Notes: generated by a model not told the origin, from the letters alone. A stretch of 64,000 nt of DNA from Candidatus Marinacidobacterales bacterium (GCA_965219415.1 CBDCNP010000002.1:5504001-5568000), one strand, 5' to 3'; numbered from the stretch's first letter, positions 31,586 through 43,909 are shown. Program-made: numbers and translations.

Positions 31586-31837
31586 GGGTACGCCACCGCG
31601 CGTGTCGAGAGACCAGATGCGGGTCGAAAGAGGCAGAGAGATTCTCTGCGTTCTTCGCGGGGGAGACGGGAGCGGGTTGTGCGATCCGGTTCTTCCCCGA
31701 GCACCAGACCAGTAGGGTCTGACCGGGAGCCAGGGTTGTATCCGGGAAAACCCACTTCTTGGGCTGCCCCACGTCGTCGCTGAGACCGAAACCGCCGAGA
31801 TTGAGCGGGCGGCTTCCTATGTTTACCAGCTCGACCC
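31586..31837 (-). pseudogene. Lamin-tail-domain internal fragment
   Basis: VELVN.G..P.NLGGFGLSDD...KKWVFPDTTLAPGQ.LLVWCSG; bounded by two A termini. Confidence 0.7.
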
Positions 31838-31985
31838 CGTCCTGTGCCAAAACTCAGCCCTTTTGAAATAGACCACAAATCAGCAGCTTAGACGCCCTTG
31901 GAATCCGCGCAGAATCGAGGGTATTTCGCGCCCGTTGTGTCAAAAACACAAACGCACTCAAGACCCACGCGCCGGGACGTTCTGG
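31838..31985. repeat. Inverted A-F module followed by a B terminus
   Basis: Sequence match to the other A, F and B modules. Confidence 0.7.
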
Positions 31986-32102
31986 GATGATTTTGCCGGG
32001 GGTGCGCACGGCTGGCCTGATGGGTGGTGGGGCGCGCCACGGGCGGGGAACGGCCGCCGAGGGCGAGACGGGACTGGACTTTGCCGGGGAGAAGAGCGCC
32101 TG

Positions 32103-32624
32103 CTAGTGGTTTGAGAGGGGATCGAACAGCGGCACCGAGGAGCCACACTGCCGGGCGTGCACCACCTTCTCGTACTCTTCTCTGAGGACGGACGGTCCCT
32201 GTCGAGAGCAGTACTTGTCGAAAGCCTCGGTCAGGTTCTGCGCCACCATCTCGTCGTTCATCATCTCTATATGCCGTCGCTCAAGCATGTGCACGAGCTC
32301 GCCGTCTTTGAAAAGGGCCACCGAAGGTGAGCTCGGAGCAACGCCGACCATGTGCTCTCTGGCGCGCTCCGTGGCCTCACGGTCCACGCCGGCGAAGACC
32401 GTCGTGAGGTGATCGGGAATTGTGCTGTGTTGCAGGGCGCGAGTCACACCCGGGCGCGCCGAGCCGGCAGCACATCCACAAACCGAGTTCACCACCACGA
32501 GCGTTGTCCCAGGCCTCTTCAAGGCCTCGTCGACGTTCTCTCTTGTTTGCACGGGCTCCACCCCGCATTGGGCAAGCTCCTCCCACATGGGCCGAACACC
32601 CTCGGGATCGTAAAGTGGCTGCAT
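32103..32624 (-). CDS. BrxA/BrxB-family bacilliredoxin
   Basis: VVNSVCGCAAGSARPG, TVFAGVD.EAT..AR, PSSPSVALFKDG; GGAGAGGAG RBS. Confidence 0.92.
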   Translation of the reverse strand: MQPLYDPEGVRPMWEELAQCGVEPVQTRENVDEALKRPGTTLVVVNSVCGCAAGSARPGVTRALQHSTIPDHLTTVFAGVDREATERAREHMVGVAPSSPSVALFKDGELVHMLERRHIEMMNDEMVAQNLTEAFDKYCSRQGPSVLREEYEKVVHARQCGSSVPLFDPLSNH

Positions 32625-32724
32625 TTGTCTCTCCTCTCCTCGCTGTCTGTTTAGAGATTACGCTAGCCTGCAATCCCGGAGAAATCAACCCGGTCATTCA
32701 AGTGCTGCGAACCAAGCGTAGACA

Positions 32725-32788
32725 CGTCTATTCCGAAACGTCCCGGCACGCCGGTCTTGAGTTCGTTTGTATTTTTGGACACGATGCG
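32725..32788 (-). repeat. B-type terminus
   Basis: CTTGAGTTCGTTTGTATTTTTGGACACGATG. Confidence 0.7.
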
Positions 32789-33086
32789 CATGAGTATTTT
32801 GACCTCACGGGGTTTGACCGACTTAGGGTCCTAGGCGAATCGCTTTCCATCTTCTGCAGCGTACGTCGCCACCTTGCCGTCCGCCACGCAAGTGGAATCG
32901 AGCGCCTCGATGACGTCGCCCAGCTTGGAGGCCGGGATCGCGCACGTCACTTCGCTGGGTGACATCCCTGTACGGACCCGGCTTAGCATGCACTCGACAC
33001 TGGCCGCGATTTCACCTTACTCCTTGGCGATGGCGACGATGTGACACTGGGGTTTTCCCTCGAAGCGAAGACCGGGGATTGCGTCA

Positions 33087-33314
33087 TGAAGGACCATAAG
33101 TTGCCGGAACAGATCCGCGCGTTCCGGGACACTTGGGAGCTCGGCATCCATTCGTACCTGACTTATCTGCGCGATCGACTGCTGTTGGCGCGGGAACTGC
33201 TACATGAGAGCGGCAGTGTCTTCGTCCAGATCGGTGACGAAAATGTCCATCGTGTCGGACTAGTGATGGACGAGATATTTGGTGCGGAAAATAGGATGGC
33301 AACGATTTCTTATG
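33087..33314 (+). pseudogene. Site-specific DNA methyltransferase (type III Mod-like) fragment
   Basis: [41 protein letters not shown]; cut by IS3 at 33315. Confidence 0.75.
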
Positions 33315-33456
33315 TGAACCGCCCCGGGTTTCCCGGAGACTCCACCTCTTGAGAGGATGGAGTCATGACAAGACGAAGGAGGTATTCACCGGAGGTAAAA
33401 GAGCGCGCAGTGGGGATGGTTATCGACCAGCAGGCTGAGCAGGAATCTCAGTGGTC

Positions 33457-34719
33457 TGACCTTGCCCAGGAAAAGTGGACGGGTTGATTATCTCGCATGA
33501 GCAGTTTTGAGATCATGAATCCGTTCGAACACCATTGGGCTGTTGTAATCGAGTGACGAGTGGAGTCGATATGGATTGTAGAACCCCTCGATGTAGCTCG
33601 CGACCGCGTCTTTGGCCATACGTCGTGTTGGCCAACTACGTCGGTGGAGGAGTTCGGTCTTGAGTGTGCCGAAGAAGCTCTCGGTCACGGCGTTGTCCCA
33701 GCAATCACCCTTGCGGCTCATCGAGCACACGATGCCGTACTCATCGAGCACGGCCTGGTAGGTCGCAGCCGCGTATTGAGTACCACGGTCTGAATGATGC
33801 ACCAAGCCACTTTCCGGCAGGCGGCGCCCCAAGGCTATGTGAAGCGCCTCGAGAGCAAGCTCCGCGCGCAGGTGGGGCTGCATCGCCCAGCCGACGACAC
33901 GACGCGAGAACAGATCGAGGATGACCGCCAAGTAGAGCCAGCCTTCCCAAGTCCGGATGAAGGTTATGTCCGTCACCCAGAACTGGTTCGGTCGTTCGGC
34001 TTCGAAGTTCCGACCGAGCACGTTGGGTGCGACAGGACGATCGTGCTTGCTGTCGGTCGTGCGGCGAAAACGCTTGCTGGGCAGGCCCTGCAGACCCATC
34101 TCACGCATCAGCCGTGCCACTCGCTGCTTGCCCACCTCGACGTTCTCCCCGTCAAGCTGGCGACGTACACGCTCCCTGCCGTAGGTACCACGGCTATGGG
34201 CGTGGATCGCTTGGATGCGCAGCTTCAGCTTCCCATCCTCACACTGTCGCTTGCTGGGCGCGCGCTTCATCTGAGCGTAGTAGCCGCTGGTCGATACCCT
34301 CAGGACTCGGCACATCACCCGCACCGGGTAGTTGGCCCGCTCCGCGTGAATGAAATTGAATCTCATTCGCTTTCTTTCGCGAAGAAGGCCGCCGCCTTTT
34401 TTAATATTTCTCGCTCTTGCTCCAACGTGCGCACTCGACGTCGTAGCGAACCCAGCTCATCACGTTCCGCCGTCGTCAGAGCCTCGCGTGGACCTTCACC
34501 GTGATCAACTTTGTATTGTTTCACCCAGTTTCGAAGGGATGATTCCGTCAGGTCCAGTTCCTTAGCGACCTGGCCGATGCTGCGCTCGCCTTCCCTGAAC
34601 AACCGGACCGCTTCCTTCTTGAACTCCCCCGTGAACTTCCTGCGTCGTCGTTTTCCCATGGACGCCTCCAGGCGCATTGTCGCGCCTCGGTTGGTGTCCA
34701 CAAAACCCGGGCAGGGCCA
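33457..34719 (-). mobile_element. IS3 type 2, copy 2
   Basis: Same length and ORFs as 10178-11440; 3-bp TSD GTC. Confidence 0.95.
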
Positions 34720-34984
34720 GTCAGCGATCTCATCGATTGCGTCGAAGATTGACTGTACGCGGGAAACGCTACGCACGTGGGTGCGTCGAGCAGAGCGTGA
34801 TGCTGGGAAACGAGCGGGACCGACGACGGACGAGGGTCAGCCGCTGAAGGAGCTTGAGCGAGAGAACCGTGAGCTAAAGGGGGCGAACGAGATCCTTCTC
34901 AAGGCGTCGACGTTTTTCGCCCAGGCGGAGCTCGACCGCCGACCGAGGTGAATGTGTTGTTCGTGGACGCGAACCGTGAAAATT

Positions 34985-36368
34985 GGGTTTACGCGGATTC
35001 GTGTGGGTAAGTTCTGACAGAAAAACAGTGTAACTCATTGTGTGGAAAAGGTATCGAGTACTTCATCAGGTGCTGAAAAGTGGTCCATTTTTAGGATAGG
35101 CTAACCGAGTGAAAAATTCCCAGTCGATCCGCTCGCTGTTTGCGCTGCCAGGTTTCGTGGTTGGTGCCGGATTGAAGGGTCTATTCGGTGACCGATACGC
35201 CCGTGTCATCCAGCTCAAGAGGCGAAAAAAACAGCTGTGTGCTCTTACTGTGGGCAACGGTGCCGGGGGCGCTATGACAAGCAAGTGTGCCGGGTCCGCG
35301 ACCTGTCGTTGGCAGGCTGGCGGATCTATCTGGAATACGAGCGTTGGCGCGTCAACTGTTCTGGGTGCGGCGGTGTGCATGTAGAACACCTAGACTGGCT
35401 GGCGAACAACTCGCGCTACACCCAGCGTTTTGCGACGCATGTGGGCAAGCTGTGCCGGGATATGTCGAACAAGGCGGTGGCCGAGATGGAACGTCTGCAC
35501 CACGGTACGGTGAAGGCTCTGGATACGCTCTACATGCAAGAGCAGGTCGACCGGGCGGGGCTACCGGCGCCTCGGGCCATCGGTGTCGATGAGATCTCCA
35601 TCCGCAAGGGACATAACTATCGCGTCATTGTCAGCGACCTGGAGCGGGCGCGTCCCATCTGGGTGGGCGGTGAGGGTCGCAAAGAAACCGACATCGATTT
35701 GTTCTTCAAGGCGCTGGGCGGAAAGAAAAGCGCCCGTATCAAGCTGGCCGCCATGGATATGTGGAAGCCCTTCCGGAACTCGGTGATTCACAACGCGCCT
35801 AATGCGCGGATCATCTTCGACAAGTTTCATATCATGCGTCATCTGTCAAAGGCCCTCGATGAGGTCCGGCGCGGTGAGTACAAACGCCTCAGCGGCAAGG
35901 ACCGGTCGTACATCAAGGGGCAGCGTTACACTTTGCTTTCCCGGCGGGAGAACCTGAGCCTAGACGGTCGCCGCGCACTCAAAAAGTTGCTCCAGGCCAA
36001 CCGGCGCCTGAACACCGCCTATATTTTGAAGGAGGCCTTCGGGCAACTCTGGGATTACCGCACCGAACGCGGCGCTCGCGCCTTTTTCACCCGTTGGAAA
36101 GACAGCCTCAAATGGCAACGCCTGCATCCGTACCAGAAGTTCGCCGGTATGATTGAGTCCCATTGGGATGGTATCGCCTCCTACTGTCATCCGGAGAACA
36201 AAGTCAGTCTCGGCCTAGTTGAAGGGGTCAACAACAAAATCCGTGTTCTGCAACGACGCGCCTACGGCTATCGCGACGAGGAATATCTCAAGCTGAAGAT
36301 CGTGGCGGCTTTCCTTCCGCTATTACCCAGAAATGCAGTTTTCAACCCACACGAATCCGCGTAGACCC
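34985..36368 (+). mobile_element. ISL3-family element (transposase about 35109-36364, frame change at an A7 run)
   Basis: TIR GGGTTTACGCGGATTCGTGTGGG / CCCACACGAATCCGCGTAGACCC; 8-bp TSD TGAAAATT; IGVDE, AMDMWKPF, FDKFH, VEGVNNKI. Confidence 0.95.
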
Positions 36369-36378
36369 TGAAAATTAG

Positions 36379-37074
<696 letters not shown>

Positions 37075-37410
37075 TGATCCGTCGACGTGGGCCCTGGCAT
37101 GGTCTCGAAGACGTTGAGTTCGCCACCCTCGAGTGGGTCCATTGGTACAACACGCAACGACTCTTGGAGCCGATCGGAAATGTCTCCCCCGTCGAGTACG
37201 AGATGAACTACTCCCGATAGACAAGCCACTGTCATATTCTACAAACTGGATAAAAATGGACGTGTATGCGACTTGGTGCTCCCCTCCAATCCTCACTTTA
37301 GTAGCGAAATGCTGAAAGCACCCGATGTTCTGCGGAGAATTCAGAAGGCGCTATTGGCGGCGGGTCATCCAGTAGACGAGTTTGGGTATCCGCGTCCGAC
37401 TGCATAGAGT

Positions 37411-37576
37411 GGTGCTTGCGCTATTTACTATTGGTGATGTGTGCGCATCCCTTTGTAAAAGAGGCGCTTACGCTCCATTTAGCGCGCAGCGAAGGTCACG
37501 AGCGCTATTTTGGCTGTAATTTAATGCACCGTAAAGTCTTAGCGTCATCTCACCAACACTTAATGGCGGAAGCACC
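37411..37576. repeat. MITE E (inverted copy)
   Basis: Reverse complement of 6031-6195. Confidence 0.85.
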
Positions 37577-37596
37577 CGTTGATGGCCTGTTTTGTT

Positions 37597-38568
37597 CTAC
37601 CCTTGATGGTTGCGCTCTCCGTGATAATGATGGATGAACTCAGCGACGGCACGGCGCAGCGATTGCTCACTGAAGAAGATCATCCGATCCAGGCACTCGC
37701 TCTTGATCGACAAAACAAACCTTTCGACGTAAGCGTTCAGATTCTGCGAACGGTGCGGCAGCCGCAAGACGTCAGTTCCGGCGTGCTCGAGCAAGTCGCG
37801 AAACTCTGTGGTGAACTTCTTGTCGCGGTCCAGGATGAGCAATCGCTTGCCGCGCAGAAAGCCGTCGAGCGGGTCGGTGAGATTCCGACCGACCTGCATC
37901 ATGAACGCGTCGTCCGGCCCAGGAGTGATTCCAGCAATGTGCACTTTTCGCGAAGAGAGTTCGATGACAACGAGCACATAGTAGGTCACGAGCCTGCGAA
38001 CCGTGGCGACCTCGACGGTGAAGAAGTCAGTCGCAGCGACGGTTTCCCAATGGGCGGCGAGAAACGTGCGCCATGGCGTCCGCTCACCTCTCTCCGGCGC
38101 AGGCTCGATGCCATGCTCTCGCAGAATATTGGCGATGGTGCTCCTAGCTAGGGTATGGCCGAGATTCGAGAGGGCACCGCGAATTCGTGTATACCCCCAC
38201 CTCGGATTCGACTTCGCCATCCCCACAACGAGCTCGCTAATCTCGGCCATGACCTGAGGCCGTCCGAGCTGTTTCCGCCGCGCGGTGTAGTCCCACCTCC
38301 GCGCAATGAGCCTTCGGTGCCAAGCCAGCAGGGTTTCCGGTGTGACGATACCGGCGACTTCTGACAAGAGTTTCCGGCCAAGGGCCTTACCCTTTACCGC
38401 GAGACGACGTCGCTCGTCGTCCGTGAGGCGAAGCTTCCTCCCGCGAAGCCGAGCTTTGAGGACTCTGTTTTCCTCGAGCAAGTAGACGATAGCAGCCTGT
38501 TGGTCACGCTGGACCCAACCAGCGATGGCGACCACCAACAACGTCAAGGGCTGGATCGGCGTCCTCAT
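37597..38568 (-). CDS. rve/DDE integrase, B subfamily, lacking its last ~30 residues
   Basis: HTH N-terminus; AATDFF / LDRD / YVERFV DDE triad; ends at ERNHQG*. Confidence 0.8.
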   Translation of the reverse strand: MRTPIQPLTLLVVAIAGWVQRDQQAAIVYLLEENRVLKARLRGRKLRLTDDERRRLAVKGKALGRKLLSEVAGIVTPETLLAWHRRLIARRWDYTARRKQLGRPQVMAEISELVVGMAKSNPRWGYTRIRGALSNLGHTLARSTIANILREHGIEPAPERGERTPWRTFLAAHWETVAATDFFTVEVATVRRLVTYYVLVVIELSSRKVHIAGITPGPDDAFMMQVGRNLTDPLDGFLRGKRLLILDRDKKFTTEFRDLLEHAGTDVLRLPHRSQNLNAYVERFVLSIKSECLDRMIFFSEQSLRRAVAEFIHHYHGERNHQG

Positions 38569-38819
38569 GACCGAGGATTCTGGGAAGCCAGCCCTGCAGC
38601 GCGATATACCCTGGATTCTGCAAGGATTCCAGAGCGTCTAGGGCTGGGGGCGCTATCTCTTCAGTGTCAACTTCTGCTTCTTCTTCGCCCTCGCCTTGGC
38701 CCTCTGTCTTGGCCAAGATCCGGCGAGCGGCCGCATTGGTCTCCTCTGTCTATCCGGTCTCGGCTGGAAACCATTAAAAACAGAGAATTAACAGAGATTA
38801 TGGACACAAACTGACCCCC

Positions 38820-38984
38820 GAGCGCCAAAAACCATAGACCGGATATTCGAGAACAGTCGTACGAGCGAGCCTCTCCACGTTTCTAAGATGCCGGTGGTGT
38901 CATCGGGTTGACCAGCACGAAGCAACCGAGCATGACAACTCTAAACCGCTAAATCAACGCCGGATCGACTTTTTGCGGAGCACA
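38820..38984 (-). repeat. C-type repeat
   Basis: Homologous to 30848-31017. Confidence 0.75.
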
Positions 38985-39015
38985 ACCATTACAGCGACCA
39001 AGCACACTGGGGACG

Positions 39016-39999
39016 CTATTGTCTCCAATCGTCGGCGTCCAGTTCCTTAACACGTCGAGCAAAGACACCGTGAAACTCTTTCAGCCGTTTGGCGAGCCAT
39101 TCATGTTGCTGTGGCCAGTCCGAGCAGTCCTCCAGGTTCACGTTATCTTGGTAATACGCTATCCGGCTGTCTTGGCGAGCCGGTAACTCTTCCCATCCCA
39201 AGGAGTACTGTAGCTCTTGCTCAATTGCGTCTTTCTGCTCTCTCAGAAGGCCGAAAAACGCCTTCGCGTTGTCTCCTCGGAGATACAATTCCACCCGGAT
39301 TCGGTTTTTCGGAAGTATCATGACCGTAGCCAAAATAAAGCCGGTGCGTCCTATGGGGAATGTCAACCATGCTCGCGTTGCCGGCTTGCGGTTTTTATCG
39401 AAAGGCCAGCTGTCCATGCCGAGAACTTGGTTCAAAAAAGCGGTCCAGTAGGCTTTCTGCTTTTTCCTCGTTTCCGATAGGTCGGTATCATCATCGATCA
39501 CCCGAGCGGCCTTCGCGACTGACAGCGACCAGTCATTCAGCTTTGATACGACATTAAACTTTGGTGCCGCAAGGGAATTTCCGATGCGCCACAGTTCAAC
39601 CTCCAACCCGAAAAACCGGAAACTCTCATCCGTGATCTTGTTCAGCCAGTCGAGAGTGGCACGGTGTTCATCCGTGAAAGACGCAGCGATCCAAACAATG
39701 GTGACGGCTTGAAGGCCCGCCGCGTAGGTCAGTAATTGGCCAAGATGGTTGTGGTTGGTCCGCTCTAATTGGTTCTCGACTAGCACCCAAGCGTTAGTCC
39801 CGTCCCTGCAAATGATGTCGGCACGAAAGGGACCTACCGGCTTCTCCGCCGCCTCCAACTCCAAGTCCACCCCAAGCGTCTCCGCCAACACTTCAAGGTT
39901 TTCGGGACGGGCGAGCCAAGGGGTGAAGTCACCCGCCTCGGTGGTCCAGACGGTTCGAAGATCGACGCGCTCCAAGCGTCCGACCGGCTGATCATTCAT
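39016..39999 (-). CDS. DUF4268 domain protein with N-terminal NucS-like PD-(D/E)xK region
   Basis: LRTVW..EAGDFTPWLA, ADI...VLVENQL..TNHNHLGQLLTYAAG; likely start MNDQPVG at 39999. Confidence 0.8.
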   Translation of the reverse strand: MNDQPVGRLERVDLRTVWTTEAGDFTPWLARPENLEVLAETLGVDLELEAAEKPVGPFRADIICRDGTNAWVLVENQLERTNHNHLGQLLTYAAGLQAVTIVWIAASFTDEHRATLDWLNKITDESFRFFGLEVELWRIGNSLAAPKFNVVSKLNDWSLSVAKAARVIDDDTDLSETRKKQKAYWTAFLNQVLGMDSWPFDKNRKPATRAWLTFPIGRTGFILATVMILPKNRIRVELYLRGDNAKAFFGLLREQKDAIEQELQYSLGWEELPARQDSRIAYYQDNVNLEDCSDWPQQHEWLAKRLKEFHGVFARRVKELDADDWRQ

Positions 40000-40287
40000 T
40001 CCGTTAGCCCTCCAGGATTCTGATCGTTGCTGATCAGTTGATCGACGTATGATACCAGTCCTTGTAAACGTGTCGGCAGTCCGGACAGGTAACTGACCTG
40101 ATCCCACGGTTAGTACCTCGACGCGCTGCTTGAGTCCGACCCGCTCGGAACGGCTGCGGGACTTCGCACCAGGTTACGCGACGCGGTTCGGGAGCAATCG
40201 GGCAGGCGACGGCTCGATTGACGCCCACCTGATCACCTTGCAGCCTTACGTCTACCTCTCGCGTGTCACGGATTCGAGCATGCGCGG

Positions 40288-40563
40288 TTAGCGCACCACC
40301 CGCTTGGCGATCTCGGCACCACGCTCCCGTTCGACCAGCGCGATGTCATACTGACTCTGGAGATCAAGCCAGAACTGCGGGTTGTTGCCGAAATAGCAGC
40401 CCAGGCGAACCGCCGTGTCGGCGGTGATCGAGCGCCGACCGTTCAGGATGTCTGTGATGCGGCCTGAGGGAACGCCTATGTTGAGGGCCAGCCTGTTGGC
40501 GCTCAGGTTGCGTGCGGTAAGCTCGCGTTTCAGAAACCGGCCTGGATGCGAAGTTGGGTGCAT
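40288..40563 (-). CDS. higA: HigA antitoxin (XRE HTH)
   Basis: HPGRFLKREL..LSANRLA..RRSITADTAVRL..F..FWLDLQ..YD. Confidence 0.92.
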   Translation of the reverse strand: MHPTSHPGRFLKRELTARNLSANRLALNIGVPSGRITDILNGRRSITADTAVRLGCYFGNNPQFWLDLQSQYDIALVERERGAEIAKRVVR

Positions 40564-40567
40564 AGTC

Positions 40568-40855
40568 TTATCCCCTGTGGTAATCAATGATTTCCACGTT
40601 GTGAGCGTTGCCTTTGCGAAACTCGAAACAGATCCGCCAGGGTCCGTTCACGGTCATCGCCCATTGGCGCTTGCGCTCCCCTTTGAGCTTGTGCAACCCG
40701 ACACTCTTGAGGGGGCTCAGGTCCTGAAGCGTCTTGGCAACGTTCAGGGCCAGTAACAGATCGACGGCGGCAGCGAAGTCTAAACCGCGGAAACGGTTCG
40801 GACGCTCGCCATTCCAGATTTTTTGGCTCGCCACGTTGCCCCATGAGTAGATCAA
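40568..40855 (-). CDS. higB: HigB RelE-type toxin
   Basis: LHKLKGERK.QWAMTVNGPWRICFEF..VEIIDYH; toxin-first gene order. Confidence 0.9.
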   Translation of the reverse strand: MIYSWGNVASQKIWNGERPNRFRGLDFAAAVDLLLALNVAKTLQDLSPLKSVGLHKLKGERKRQWAMTVNGPWRICFEFRKGNAHNVEIIDYHRG

Positions 40856-40861
40856 GTCAAA

Positions 40862-40890
40862 AATATACTACGCGGCACGGTTAAAGTGAA
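40862..40890 (-). promoter_or_regulatory. sigma70-type promoter of higBA (probably leaderless)
   Basis: TTCACT-17 bp-TATATT, with the -10 box 6 nt upstream of the TTG start. Confidence 0.6.
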
Positions 40891-40995
40891 ACAACGCCGA
40901 CATCCGCTTTGTATGCGGGCGCTTGCAGGTGGATCAAGGAGGTGACCTGACGTTGATCCGCATAAAGGAGATCGCGCATTTGACGGGCAGACAGC

Positions 40996-43494
40996 TGCCT
41001 TGGTGGCACAACTCCGATAGAGGCCGAGAGCCCGCTTGGCCCCGACTCCCATCATCCGATCATCTCGCTATCAGGCATCCCGAGCGCCGTCATGGTGTTG
41101 AGAATCTTGCACCCGATCCTTGCCTCACCTCTCTGTGCCGCCAACCCTCTCGCTCGCATCGCTGAGCCCACGATAGCCTTGTAGCGATGGAACGTTGTCT
41201 CGACTTTGCTCCGTTTGCTGTAGCCCGATTCTGTGTGCCACTTTCGTTTGCCGAGCCGAGCTTGTGCTGCAATGTTGCGATTGCGCTGTCGGCTGCTCGC
41301 CGGCCCCGATGCGAGCAGGGCGCCCTTGCGCGGCGGTATCAGCACCCTCGGCGAGCGATGAGCGCTGTGATTCTCGATTGCCTCATAGACGCCGCCGGCG
41401 TCGTATGCGGTGTCAGCTCTGGCCGATGAGATGGGACTGTCGATCTGTCCGACAAGCGATGCAACCCGCGATGAATCGCGGGCGAGTTATAACCAGAAGT
41501 TGTGGATCGCCTGAATGAGAAAGGCGGCGTATCCTTCCATGTAAGACAAAGGCCAAACCGGTTTTAGCGAACCGGAGGAAGGAAACGCCACCGATGCTGA
41601 GGATACAAGATCCACCGAAGGAAACGAAACATGAGGAAGTCGGGACTGCGCTCGATGAGCTGGCTCGTGAGGGGGCGCGTCGAATGTTGATGACGGCGCT
41701 GGAGGAGGAAGTCGGAGACTACATCGAAAGCCACTCTCCGGAACGAGACGAGAACGGACACGCGAGCGTAGTCCGCAACGGTCGAGCTCGAGCCCGCAAA
41801 GTGACGATGGGCTGCGGAACGATGGAAGTCGAGGCGCCGCGAGTCAACGACAAGCGGGTGATCGATGGAGAACGTCAGCGCTTCACGAGCAGCATCTTAC
41901 CTCCGTATATGCGTCGCTCCCCGAAGGTGAGTGAGGTTTTGCCGTTGCTGTACTTGCGCGGATTGTCGACGAACGATTTCGGGCCTGCGCTGAAGGAGCT
42001 GCTGGGCGAGGAGGCTTCGGGGCTTTCGTCGACGGCGATCACGAGGCTGACGGCGAAATGGCAGTCGGAGTACGAAGAGTTTCGGAAACGAGACTTGAGC
42101 CGCGAGGATTACGCGTACATCTGGGTCGACGGCGTTCACTTCAATGTTCGTCTCGAAGACGACAGGCTTTGCACCCTTGTCGTTCTTGGTGTTCGGGCGG
42201 ATGGGACGAAGGAGCTGCTCGCGGTGGAGGACGGTTATCGAGAGAGCGAGGAGAGCTGGGCGTACGTGCTGAGGGAACTAGATCGCCGCGGGATGAAACC
42301 TCCTCTTCTCGCCATCGGAGACGGCGCCTTGGGATTCTGGGCTGCGGTTCGAAACGTATGGCCGGAAACCCGTCACCAGTTGTGCTGCGTTCACAAGACA
42401 AAAAACGTCCTCGACAAGCTACCGAGGCGTCTTCATGGCCGTGTGAAGAGCGCCCTGAACGAGATCGTCAAGGCTGAGACCAGGGAGCAGGCGGAAGAAG
42501 CTCTTGAGCGGTTCGAATCGGACTACGGGGCCAAGTACCCCAAGGCTGTCGCATCCCTGACCAAGCACCAGGACAAACTCCTGACGTTCTACGATTTCCC
42601 CGCCGAGCACTGGGAGCACATCCGAACCGCCAACCCCATCGAGTCGGCGTTCGCCACGGTGCGACTCCGGCAGAGAGTTACCAAGGGAGCAGGCTCCCGT
42701 TCGAAAACCCTCCTCATGGCCTACAAGTTACTCGACATGGCGAGCCAACGATGGCGCCGGGTGAACGCCCCCGCACTTGTCGCTCGGATACTTGAGGGAG
42801 AGAAGTTCGTCGACGGATTAAACGAAGAAGCGAGGAACGCCGCTTGACTCAGAAAGTTGATCCACAACTCTTGACAATATCTCATCGCGGGCTCTTTTGC
42901 TCGTCAGCTCGCCGGCGACGACTTCGCCACTCTGCTCGTCGACACACAGATGGAGCTTGCGATAGTCCCTGCTCTTTTGTGCTCTGCGCAGCTGGCCGGC
43001 GTGGACAGCGAGACCGCTGCTGTCGAACAAGATGTGCAACGGCGTCTTCTGCTTGACTGGGTAGAAGGGGACCTTACCCAGCTTCGGCTTGCGCCTCGAG
43101 ATCGTGGTGTGATCGGGCACATCATTGTCTAGCTTCATCAGAGCGAACAACGACCGCAGCAATCCCTCGCTCTGCCTAGATGACAGATGAAACACCATGC
43201 CCAGGGTGACAGCCGTCTCGGATGGCGTGGTTCGAGTACTTGCGTTGACGGCCCGGTTTCCTCCTCCTTGGCCGGGGCGCGTCCCAGTTCACAAGCTTGC
43301 CGGCGGTGAGCGAGATCCAGACGGTCAGGCTCCCGCGGTTGCGTAGACCCGCCTCATATTCACGCCAATTCCTCACGCGATAGGCCTTCTTCACATACTT
43401 CCGCTGAGTGCGTTTGAAAATGCTCATGGGGAACCTCGTATCCGCGAGTACAGGACAATTGTGGACCGAGATCGCGAGTTTGTGCACCAAGGCA
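40996..43494 (-). mobile_element. IS903-like IS5 element, copy 4, disrupted by IS256
   Basis: Both TIRs present (each with a +1 base); transposase split at 41483/42884. Confidence 0.9.
41484..42883 (+). mobile_element. IS256-family element with intact transposase (41594-42847)
   Basis: Imperfect 25-bp TIR GAGTTATAACCAGAAGTTGTGGATC; 9-bp TSD ATCGCGGGC; YIWVDG, IGDGALGF, RTANPIES. Confidence 0.95.
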
Positions 43495-43624
43495 GGGGAA
43501 ACTTGTCCTCGCCGGGGATGGCTTCGCCGGCCGGGGGTCCATCCCCGCGTATGCGGGGGAAACGACCTTGCTCTCCTCTTCGATCTGGCGCAACACGGTC
43601 CATCCCCGCGCATGCGGGGGAAAC
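43495..43624 (-). CRISPR. Orphan type I-E-like CRISPR remnant: 2 full repeats, 1 partial repeat, 2 spacers
   Basis: 29-bp repeats at 43535-43563 and 43596-43624 (minus strand GTTTCCCCCGCATGCGCGGGGATGGACCG); 8-bp repeat end at 43495-43502; two 32-bp spacers; exact 61-bp period. Confidence 0.85.
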
Positions 43625-43761
43625 CCGTCGTGTCCAAAAACACAAACGAACTCAAGACCCTTGCACCTGTGCTCCGCAAAAAATCGATCCGGCGTTGATT
43701 GCGCGTTTTAGACCTGCTATGTTCGGCTGCTTGTGGCCGATCTTCTTTTTTGCGGATCACA
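43625..43761. repeat. B terminus stub plus 94-bp C-type TIR element (43668-43761)
   Basis: TGTGCTCCGCAAAAAA..TTTTTTGCGGATCACA. Confidence 0.75.
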
Positions 43762-43909
43762 GGGGTCGGTCAGCTGGCTTTTCGTCAACTTGACTTGGCA
43801 GTACCCGTTGCGCCGCCCGTGCCTTCTTCTTCGTCGTCTCCGGAGCGTTCTCGGAGTAGCTGCGACCCAGCGCCTCCGTCAACTACTGCCAGGATACTTC
43901 CCAGTTGTA

